Part shown: piece after piece, positions 56,113 to 64,000 of the stretch
Numbering within the stretch: the first letter of the stretch is position 1
How the letters are laid out: each line of letters begins with the position of its first letter
DNA from: Vicinamibacterales bacterium
Lineage (GTDB): Bacteria; Acidobacteriota; Vicinamibacteria; Vicinamibacterales; UBA8438
DNA length: 64,000 bases
Direction of reading: 5' to 3'
Assembly (NCBI GenBank): GCA_965202655.1
Contig: CBDBBK010000002.1
Span: 884,685-948,684, forward strand
Made by a program: the position numbers and the translations under genes
The notes under the pieces: model-generated
Seen by the model: only the letters and a program-made list of their open reading frames with translations
Databases searched by the model: none
What the model was told of the DNA's origin: nothing

Positions 56113-58476
56113 TCAGTTCCCTTTCGCGTCCTGAATCGCCTGCCAGACCCGCTCCGGCGTGAACGGCATGTCGATGCGCTTGACGCCGAGCGGCCTGAGC
56201 GCATCCAGCACCGCGTTGTAGACGGCGGCCGTCGAGGCGATGGTGCCCGCTTCGCCGATCCCCTTGACGCCGAGCGGATGGTGCGGCGACGGGGTTACCG
56301 TCGAGATGACGTCGATGTCGGGAAGGAGGTCGGCGCGCGGCAACGCGTAGTCGAGCATCGAGCCCGTCGCCAACTGTCCGTTCTCGTCGTACGCCGCCCC
56401 TTCCCAGAGCGCCTGGCCGACGCCTTGGACGACGCCGCCGTGCACCTGACCCTCCACGATCGTCGGGTTGATCTGCGGCCCGCAGTCATCGAGCGCCGTG
56501 TAGCCGGTCAGATCCACCTGACCCGTGCTGGCGTCCACCTCGACCACCGCGAGGTGCGCGCCGTACGGGAAGACGAAGTTGGGCGGGTCGTAGAAGGTGG
56601 TCGCCTCGAGTCCGCCTTCCATGCCCTCCGGCAGATCCCACGCGACATTGGCCATCAGCGCGATGTCCTGGATCGTCTTCGCCTTGTCGGGCGACCCCTT
56701 CACGAAGAACTTGCCGTCCTCGTATTCCATGTCGTCGACCGACGCTTCGAGCAGATGCGCGGCGAGGACCTTCGCCTTCTCGCGGATCTTGCGAACCGCG
56801 AGGGCGAGCGCCGCGCCGCCGACCGCCGTGGTCCGGCTGCCGTAGGTGCCCCAGCCCATCGGCGTCGCATCGGTGTCGCCGTGGACGACCTTCACGTCGC
56901 CCGCGTCCACGCCAATCTCGCTCGCGACGATCTGGGCGAAGGTTGTCTCCTCACCCTGGCCGTGCGGCGAGGCGCCGATGAAGACGTGCACCTTGCCGGT
57001 GGGGTGGAACCGGACGATCGCGCTCTCCCACAAGCCGCCCTGGAAGCCGATCGCGCCGGCCACCTGCGACGGCCCGAGGCCGCAGATCTCGACGTAGGTC
57101 GAAAGCCCCAGGCCGAGGTACTTGCCGTTCGACGGCCCGGCCTGCTGCTTCGCCCGCAAGTCGGCGTAGCCGGTGTGATCGAGCAGTTTCTCGAGGGCGC
57201 CGGGGTAGTCGCCGCTGTCGTAGGCGAGGGTGGTGACCACCGTGTGGCCGTCGTCGAACTTCGGTATGAAGTTCCTGCGGCGGACCTCGGCCGGGTCCAT
57301 GCCGAGCTCGCCGGCCAGGATGTCGACCATGCGCTCCAGCATGAACGTCGCTTCGGGCCGCCCCGCGCCGCGGTACGCCTCCACCGGTACGCCGTTCGTG
57401 TAGACGCCGTAGACATCCTCCTTGATGGCGGGAATGTCGTAGACGCCGGACAGCATCAACCCGTGGAGAATCGTCGGGATGCCGGGCGCCGCCGTCGACA
57501 GGTACGCGCCCATGCCGGCATGCACGGTGCAACGGAGGCCGGTGATCTTGCCGTCGTTCGTCGCCGCCAGCTCCACGTCCTGCACGTGGTCGCGGCCGTG
57601 CGTCGTCGCCTGGTAGTTCTCGCTCCGGGTCTCGGTCCACTTCACCGGCCGGCCCAGTGTCTTCGAGCAGAACACGGTGATGAAGTCGGCCGGGTAGGCG
57701 GCAATCTTCGAGCCGAAGCCGCCGCCCACCTCCGGCGCGATGACCCGCAGCTTGTCCTCCGGCACGCCGGTGACGACGGAGCAGAGGAACCGGACGATGT
57801 GCGGGTTCTGCGTCGTGTTCCAGAGCGTCAACTCGCCCGTCGCCTGGTTGTACTGCGCGAGGGCGGCGCGCGTCTCCATGGCGTTGGGGATGAGGCGCTG
57901 CTGGATGATCCGCTCCTTCAGCACGACGCCGTTCGCTTCCGCTTCCGCGAACGCCGCGTCGACGTCGCCGCCGCCAGCCAGCGGCCAGTGGAACGCCTGG
58001 TTATGCTCGATGTCGTCGTGCAGTTGCGGGGCGCCGTCGTCGTGCGCCGCCTCGGGATCGATCACGACCTCGAGCGGTTCGTAATCCACCTCGATCAACG
58101 CGAGGGCGTCGTGCGCCTGGTAGGGCGTTTCCGCCACCACCGTCGCAACGATGTCGCCGGTGTAGCGGACCACGTCCTTCGCGATGCAGGGGTACGCCGC
58201 AATTTTCAGGTCGGAGTCGGGAAGGAGCCAGGCGCACGGCATCGGGGCGAGCCCGCCTTCGATGTCGGCGCCGGTGTAGACGGCGATGACACCGGGTGCG
58301 CCGGCGGCCCGGCTGGTGTCGATCCGGGTGATCTTCGCGTGCGCGTGGTCGCTCCGGAGCATGGCCGCGTGGACCATTCCGGGGAGCGTGATGTCGTCGG
58401 TGTAGGTGGCGCTTCCGGTTATCAGCCGCGGGTCTTCCCGGCGGCGGATACCGGAGCCGAAGATTCTGGTGCTCAT
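56113..58476 (-). CDS. coxL: Mo-hydroxylase large subunit, form II CoxL-like
   Basis: RREDPRLITG; VGGGFGSK; AYRGAGRPEA (form II signature); PHGQGEET; GTYGSRT; VEGQVHGG; KGIGEAG. Confidence 0.92.
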   Translation of the reverse strand: MSTRIFGSGIRRREDPRLITGSATYTDDITLPGMVHAAMLRSDHAHAKITRIDTSRAAGAPGVIAVYTGADIEGGLAPMPCAWLLPDSDLKIAAYPCIAKDVVRYTGDIVATVVAETPYQAHDALALIEVDYEPLEVVIDPEAAHDDGAPQLHDDIEHNQAFHWPLAGGGDVDAAFAEAEANGVVLKERIIQQRLIPNAMETRAALAQYNQATGELTLWNTTQNPHIVRFLCSVVTGVPEDKLRVIAPEVGGGFGSKIAAYPADFITVFCSKTLGRPVKWTETRSENYQATTHGRDHVQDVELAATNDGKITGLRCTVHAGMGAYLSTAAPGIPTILHGLMLSGVYDIPAIKEDVYGVYTNGVPVEAYRGAGRPEATFMLERMVDILAGELGMDPAEVRRRNFIPKFDDGHTVVTTLAYDSGDYPGALEKLLDHTGYADLRAKQQAGPSNGKYLGLGLSTYVEICGLGPSQVAGAIGFQGGLWESAIVRFHPTGKVHVFIGASPHGQGEETTFAQIVASEIGVDAGDVKVVHGDTDATPMGWGTYGSRTTAVGGAALALAVRKIREKAKVLAAHLLEASVDDMEYEDGKFFVKGSPDKAKTIQDIALMANVAWDLPEGMEGGLEATTFYDPPNFVFPYGAHLAVVEVDASTGQVDLTGYTALDDCGPQINPTIVEGQVHGGVVQGVGQALWEGAAYDENGQLATGSMLDYALPRADLLPDIDVISTVTPSPHHPLGVKGIGEAGTIASTAAVYNAVLDALRPLGVKRIDMPFTPERVWQAIQDAKGN

Positions 58477-58498
58477 CGTTTTCCTCCGCGTGACCGGG

Positions 58499-58972
<474 letters not shown>

Positions 58973-59027
58973 GCGTCACCTCCTGACAAGAGCCGGCGCC
59001 CTGTCGCCCGCCCGGTGCACGATAACG

Positions 59028-59882
59028 TCATTGGTAGCGTTTGGCTAGTGCCTGGCGATCGCCCGCGCCAATCAGGTCATTGAAGCGCTCGAACGTGGTC
59101 AGCCGGTCCTCGCAGGCGGCCGTGTGGCCGTCGGCGCGCATCCGGCCATAGACCGTGTCGAGGGCTCGCGCGGCTGCGTAGAGGCCGGTCAGAGGGTAGA
59201 GGACGAGATTGAAGCCCAGCTCCGCCAGCTCCTCCCGCGGCAGCAGGGGAGTCCGGCCCTGTTCGATCATGTTGGCGACGGTCGGTTTGGGCGCGCGGCG
59301 GCCCACCTCGGCGAGCGCGTCCATCGAGGGCGGCGCCTCGATGAACGTCGCGTCCGCGCCCGCGGCCCGCGCCGCTTCCGCCCGGGCGACGGCCTCATCG
59401 AGGCCGCCGTCGGCGATCGCGTCGGTGCGGGCGACCAGGAAGAAGTCGGCGTCGCCCTTCGTGTCGACGGCGGCGCGGACCTTGCCGAGGTACTCGTCGC
59501 GCGGGATCACCTTCTTGCCCTGCATGTGGCCGCAGCGCTTCGGCCACTGCTGGTCCTCCAGGAAACAGCCTGCGGCTCCCGCGTCGATCAGTTCGCGCAC
59601 GGTCCGCGCGACGTTCAGCGCGTTGCCGTAGCCGGTGTCGGCATCGACGATGATCGGGATGTCGACGCTGCGGCAGATCCGGCGCGCCGCGTCGGTCACT
59701 TCGCTTCCCGTCAGCAGGCCGATGTCCGGTTCGCCGATGGCGGTGGCGGAAACGGCGTAGCCGGAGATGAACGCCAGTTCGAAACCGACGCGTTCGGCCA
59801 TCCGGGCCGACAGCGTGTCGTAGACGCCGGGGAAAACGAGGCTGCCGTTGCGCGCGAGCAGCGTGCCGATCCGTGTGGCCAT
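59028..59882 (-). CDS. Isocitrate lyase/PEP mutase superfamily C-C lyase (PrpB/2,3-dimethylmalate lyase/oxaloacetate decarboxylase-like)
   Basis: ISGYAVSA; DADTGYG; LEDQ.WPKRCGH; ARTDA; ANMIEQGRTP. Confidence 0.9.
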   Translation of the reverse strand: MATRIGTLLARNGSLVFPGVYDTLSARMAERVGFELAFISGYAVSATAIGEPDIGLLTGSEVTDAARRICRSVDIPIIVDADTGYGNALNVARTVRELIDAGAAGCFLEDQQWPKRCGHMQGKKVIPRDEYLGKVRAAVDTKGDADFFLVARTDAIADGGLDEAVARAEAARAAGADATFIEAPPSMDALAEVGRRAPKPTVANMIEQGRTPLLPREELAELGFNLVLYPLTGLYAAARALDTVYGRMRADGHTAACEDRLTTFERFNDLIGAGDRQALAKRYQ

Positions 59883-59905
59883 TCTAATCCTCCGATCTCC
59901 TGGCA

Positions 59906-59951
59906 GGGATGCATCGCCGCTCGAATGTAGCAGGGGTCTTACTACGGGCCG
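59906..59951 (+). repeat. Partial copy (one end) of the 157-bp MITE family
   Basis: GGGATGCATCGCCGCTCGAATGTAGCAGGGGTCTTACTACGGGCCG matches 39893-39937; abuts the TAG stop of the 59952 gene. Confidence 0.7.
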
Positions 59952-61274
59952 CTACGGCTGCGGCGCAGCCCGGAGCGCGGTGCGGAACGGCGCCACCGAT
60001 CCGGCGACGTCCTCCGCGGGGGTCAGGCCGAGCAGGTGGGCGATCAACGGATAGACGTCGACCGCCTCGATGGGGGACAACGTCACCCCTTCCGCGATGC
60101 CGGGGCCGGCGGCGAAGAAGATCCCGTGCATCACTGGCAGCCACGGATCCCAGCCGTGCATCCCGCTGGGCGGCGAGCGGCTGCCGGGCAGTCGCACGAT
60201 GCCCGTTTCTTCCGGAATCACGATGACGTCACCGAGGCTCCGGTTGTCGCGCGCGTTCAGATGCTCCGGCAGTTCCTCGCGAAGCCAGGCGCGAGCGTGC
60301 GTCAACTCGGCATTCAGCGCGTCGCGCAGCGCGCGGCTCCGCACGTCGTCGCCTGTGTGCAGACTGATTGACGGTCCCGCCGGCACGACCCGAACGCCTT
60401 CCAGATCCAGCGACTCGGGCAGCGTCTCGGTGCGTTCGGGATCCGGCGCCGCCATCCCGTGATCCGAGAGCACGACCAGCGCGACCCGGTCGGCGTGGGG
60501 CAGCGCATCGATCCCCTCCATCAGATCGCCCAGCAGCCGGTCGGCCGTCTCGACGCTGTCCCGCATGCCGGGATGATCCGGTCCCAGCCGGTGGCCGTTG
60601 CTGTCGACCAGCGAGAAGTAGAGCGTAATCAGGTGCGGGCGGCGCTCCGGCGGCAGTTCCAGCCAGTCGAGAGTCTGCGCCACACGCATCCGGTTCGGCA
60701 CGCTCCCGTCGTACGGGAAGTAGTGACTGGGGCGGATGCCGCCGATTGCCGCCTCGGTGCCGGGGAAGAAGAACGCCGCCGCCACCATCCCCTGTTTCTC
60801 GGCCGTGACCCAGATCGGTTCGCCCCGCCACCACGAACCGTCCCTGGGGTCGTCCGGTTCGCGGTAATTGAACTCGTCGCCCCGCACCGGATCCCAGAAG
60901 CGGTTGCCGGCGATGCCGTGCGCGCCGGGATAGAGGCCGGTGGCAATCGAATAGTGGGCCGGGAAGGTGAGCGATGGAAAGACCGGCACGAGCCCCTCGG
61001 CCGTCATGCCGCGCCCCGCAAAACGATCGAAGTTGGGCGTTTCGAAGCGGTCGAGGTAGATCGGGCGGAAGCCGTCGAACGACACCAGCACGACGTACGG
61101 CCGGTCGCGGACCGACGGATCGTTCGTGCCACCCGTGCCGCCCTGCGTGCCCGGGCCGGATGCGGGCTGGACCGGTTCGGCCGCCGCGCAGGCGACGGCA
61201 GCCACGAACCAGATACCGCCGAGGGCGGCGGCGAACCTGCGGCGAGCGTTGGGGACCGGGATATCGACGGTCAC
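59952..61274 (-). CDS. Secreted nucleotide pyrophosphatase/phosphodiesterase (alkaline phosphatase superfamily)
   Basis: VSFDGFR; PSLTFPAHYSIATGLYPGAHGI; GEPIWVT; VDSNGH; SDHGM; GMHGWD. Confidence 0.92.
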   Translation of the reverse strand: MTVDIPVPNARRRFAAALGGIWFVAAVACAAAEPVQPASGPGTQGGTGGTNDPSVRDRPYVVLVSFDGFRPIYLDRFETPNFDRFAGRGMTAEGLVPVFPSLTFPAHYSIATGLYPGAHGIAGNRFWDPVRGDEFNYREPDDPRDGSWWRGEPIWVTAEKQGMVAAAFFFPGTEAAIGGIRPSHYFPYDGSVPNRMRVAQTLDWLELPPERRPHLITLYFSLVDSNGHRLGPDHPGMRDSVETADRLLGDLMEGIDALPHADRVALVVLSDHGMAAPDPERTETLPESLDLEGVRVVPAGPSISLHTGDDVRSRALRDALNAELTHARAWLREELPEHLNARDNRSLGDVIVIPEETGIVRLPGSRSPPSGMHGWDPWLPVMHGIFFAAGPGIAEGVTLSPIEAVDVYPLIAHLLGLTPAEDVAGSVAPFRTALRAAPQP

Positions 61275-61305
61275 AGCGGCGGCCGCAAGCGAAAGGGAAC
61301 GGTAG

Positions 61306-61381
61306 TGGGGTGAGTGACGGGGATCGAACCCGCAACATCCGGAGCCACAGTCCGGTGCTCTACCATTGAGCTACACTCACC
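61306..61381 (-). tRNA. tRNA-His: tRNA-His (GTG), with encoded G-1 and CCA
   Basis: GGTGAGTGTAGCTCAATGGTAGAGCACCGGACTGTGGCTCCGGATGTTGCGGGTTCGATCCCCGTCACTCACCCCA: acceptor stem GTGAGTG/CACTCAC, anticodon arm CCGGA-CTGTGGC-TCCGG, TTCGA T-loop. Confidence 0.97.
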
Positions 61382-61412
61382 ACGGAGCCTGCCCGCAGTG
61401 CGGGCAAACCCG

Positions 61413-61440
61413 CATTGTAGCAGTCCCGCCCGCTACAATG
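61413..61440. promoter_or_regulatory. Palindromic back-to-back TACAAT -10 boxes (divergent tRNA-His / phosphatase promoter)
   Basis: CATTGTAGC-N10-GCTACAATG. Confidence 0.5.
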
Positions 61441-61446
61441 AGACCG

Positions 61447-62755
61447 ATGGCTCCCGAGACCGCAGACCGGCGCGACGCTCGGCCGACCGCCAGAATCGAC
61501 GGTGGCGCGATCAACTCCGCCCGGGTGATGGTCGAGGCGTTCCGGCTGGCCAGCGATGCCACTGATGCGCCGCGCATTCTGAACGGTATTCTCGACGGCC
61601 TGGTGTCGCTTGTCGATCACGATGCGGCAGGCGTCTACGTCGTCGACGCGCTAGGCGAACGGATTTTCCCACAGCCTCGCGCGCGGCTGCATCAATCCCG
61701 CGCCGGTCGACATGCGCGCGCCGTTCGATGACCAAGGCGTCGTCGGCCGGGTTCTCGCCGGTAGCGGCCCGCTGTCGTTGCACGATCAGGCGGGTGTCTG
61801 CGAGGGGCGCGACGTCGCCCGCTCCCGTCTCGTTGTCCCGCTCATCGGCGCCGGCGGCCGGATCCGGGGAGCGCTGGACCTGTGGTCCGACCGCTCGAAC
61901 GGCTACGACGACGCGGCGCTGGAAGTGGTCGAGTTGTACGCCATGGCGGTCGCGGTCGTGATCGAGAACGCCCGGTTGATCGAGGAAGTGCACAGCCGGC
62001 GTCGCCTCGACGGCGAGTTGCAGTTGGCGCGCGACGTGATGGAGGAGCTGCTCCCGCGCGACATTCCCTCCCTGGAGGGTTTCGACATTGCCGGCGTGCA
62101 CGAGTCGTCGCGCGCGGTCGGAGGGGACTACTACGAGTTCATGCCGCTTCCCGAGGACCGGTGGGGTGTCGTGATCGCCGATGTCGTCGGCAAGGGCATC
62201 GCGGCGGCGCTGATGGCGGCGGCCACGCGCGCGTCGATGTCCTCCCTGGTGGGGCACGAGCTGGCGGTCCGCGCCGTGATGCGCCGCGCCAACCGGTTCT
62301 TCCATCAGTCGATGGAGGAGGGACGCTACGTCACGCTCTGTTACATGGTGCTCGACGTGCAGGCGCAGCGCCTGCTGTACGTGAACGCCGGGCATGTCCC
62401 GCCGCTGCTGCTGCAGGCGGATGGCGGCGTGAAGCTGTTCACCGAGGGGGGCGTACCCCTCGGGCTGTTCGAATCACCCCGCTACTTCGAAGGCCATGCG
62501 GCGTTCGAGCCGGGTGATGTCCTCGTTCTCTACACGGACGGGATTGTCGAACAGACGAACGCGGAGGGCGAGGAGTTCGGCCGCGCCCGGCTGATCGAGA
62601 CTATCCGTCAGTCGGCGGACGCCGGCGCGACCGAGATGTGCAGCCGTGTGATGCAGCGCGTGCACCGCTTCGGCGGCGGCGCGCAGGCCGACGATCGGAC
62701 GCTGGTCATCCTGAAGTCGACCGCGCCCGCCGACCCGCACCCGCTACCGTCGTAG
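61447..62755 (+). pseudogene. GAF + PP2C/SpoIIE (RsbU-like) phosphatase split by an apparent 1-bp insertion at 61664-61670
   Basis: C-part: AVGGDYYEF, IADVVGKG, LYVNAGH, YTDGIVE, DDRTLV; N-terminal GAF part is in another frame; removing one T from ATTTTCCC joins the frames. Confidence 0.7.
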
Positions 62756-62789
62756 CACGCCGTCGTGGGCGCGACGGCCGTCCGGCCGC

Positions 62790-62823
62790 CGCGCGAAACT
62801 CCAACGCGCCTTCCCGGGCGCGC
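62790..62823 (+). repeat. Truncated double-hairpin repeat, copy D (abuts the DUF3500 stop)
   Basis: CGCGCGAAACTCCAACGCGCCTTCCCGGGCGCG followed by CTAG. Confidence 0.6.
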
Positions 62824-63878
62824 TAGTTCGCGTAGCGCAGTTGCGTGCCGTGCGGGTACTGCTCGTAGTGCTCCGCCAGCAGGTCGCGTCCGAAGTCCCC
62901 GTCGAAGTCGCGCCAGACCGAGTGCACGTGATTCGCCTCGTTCTGAACGTTGTCGTACTCGATCAGGAACGTCGGTCCCTGCACGCGGTAGTAGTGCGGC
63001 TCGCCTTCCATGACGCTTCCCATCCAGGCGAACTTGATGTTGTCGAGGCCGGCGGCGCGTACCTTCGACAGGCGCTCCGCGGCGACGGGGGCCGGCTGCA
63101 CCGCGGCGTATTCCTCGATCAGCGCCCAGAGGGTCGCCTGCTGGTCGCCGCTGAGCGCCGAATAGGCAACCCCGACATCGTCCTGCATCGCGGCTTCACG
63201 ATCCGACGTCGTCAGGATGTCGTCCGGCGCCTCGTCGGCGATGATCGCATCGGCAACCTGCTCGGCGGACAGCGAGCCGAGCAGCGTTCTCGCCAGGTAG
63301 TCCTCCGCGTTCAGCACCCGCTCGCCCGTGCTCGAGCCCTGGCGGACGTAGGCGGGGTTGGTGCCGAAGAACTGCGGCGTGGTCGAGCTGAGCGTGCCGT
63401 TGATGACCGTCCAGCTGTGCGAGATGTGATGCCCTTCGTAGCGCCAGCCCCAGGTCCCGGTGTCCGATGGCTCGCCGAAGACCATGAAGAAATAGAGTTC
63501 GGTGTCGCGGATGTCGCGTCCCTCGCGCTCGAAGAGGATCTGTTCGAGCTGGCGGATCCGTTCCGCCTTGTCGTAGCCCTCGGCGCTCAGGCTGGCCTGC
63601 ACCAGCGCCAGGCCGGCCGCCTGCTGCTCCTCGCTCATCGTCTTGAGCGACACCCCCTTGCGTTCGCGCGGGATGAAGTGCCAGTCGAGGCGGTCCTCGC
63701 CGTTGAACGGGAACATGACGGCGGTCTTCTGCTCCGCTGTCAGCGTTTCGAGGAACGCCTCGGCGGCCTTCGCCATGGCGGCGGTCTGGCCGGCGTTGTC
63801 CTGCATGGTGACCGCGCCGAGCGTGGAGATGCCGAACGCGAAGACGATGATCGGAATGAAACGGGCCGAAACCTTCAT
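62823..63878 (-). CDS. Secreted DUF3500 domain-containing protein
   Basis: WHFIP..RKG; WGWRYEGHHIS; TPQFFGTNP; YYRVQGPTFLIEYDNVQNEANHVHSVWRD..GDFG. Confidence 0.9.
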   Translation of the reverse strand: MKVSARFIPIIVFAFGISTLGAVTMQDNAGQTAAMAKAAEAFLETLTAEQKTAVMFPFNGEDRLDWHFIPRERKGVSLKTMSEEQQAAGLALVQASLSAEGYDKAERIRQLEQILFEREGRDIRDTELYFFMVFGEPSDTGTWGWRYEGHHISHSWTVINGTLSSTTPQFFGTNPAYVRQGSSTGERVLNAEDYLARTLLGSLSAEQVADAIIADEAPDDILTTSDREAAMQDDVGVAYSALSGDQQATLWALIEEYAAVQPAPVAAERLSKVRAAGLDNIKFAWMGSVMEGEPHYYRVQGPTFLIEYDNVQNEANHVHSVWRDFDGDFGRDLLAEHYEQYPHGTQLRYAN

Positions 63879-64000
63879 AGGTCCCCTCCTCTGAGCGCTC
63901 GTCAGCGAGACTACAACCGCCCGGAATCAGCGTCAAGGAGCGGGCCGCTGGTCCGGATAGCGCGAATATGGGACGATCCGTGGCTGTTCACCACCATGGT

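Noticed and set aside
61306-61381. tRNA-His as the attachment site of the defence island
   Set aside because: It is about 39 kb from the island, has no adjacent integrase, and I found no duplicated tRNA 3' end.

Overview
High-GC (visually about 70%) chromosomal window. Its gene content (many secreted PQQ/beta-propeller proteins, DUF3604, DUF3500, paralogous 'PDLQGVW...YACHEGN' proteins, form II cox cluster) suggests an Acidobacteriota (Vicinamibacteria-like) or similar uncultured genome; this is inference. The main accessory element is a lower-GC, integrase-free defence island of about 15.7 kb (about 6.7-22.4 kb) between two convergent host genes. It carries Vsr, two NotI-family Cys4 restriction endonucleases around a single C5 methyltransferase with an RHH controller, an intact IS630, McrBC, a small TM protein, an orphan PD-(D/E)XK nuclease, IS481-family remnants and an Hna-like helicase-nuclease. 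The backbone encodes tricorn protease, a PQQ dehydrogenase-cupredoxin fusion, LigD/Ku NHEJ, FbiC (FO synthase) with a coupled split-barrel protein, an atypical DprA, a form II coxSLM-DE cluster with a displaced CTG-initiated coxG, tRNA-His and a frameshifted RsbU-type phosphatase. Two small non-coding repeat families are scattered through it: a GTRG-tagged double-hairpin REP-like element with compensatory base changes, and a 157-bp MITE-like element abutting TAG stop codons. All calls come from reading motifs by eye; no searches were run.
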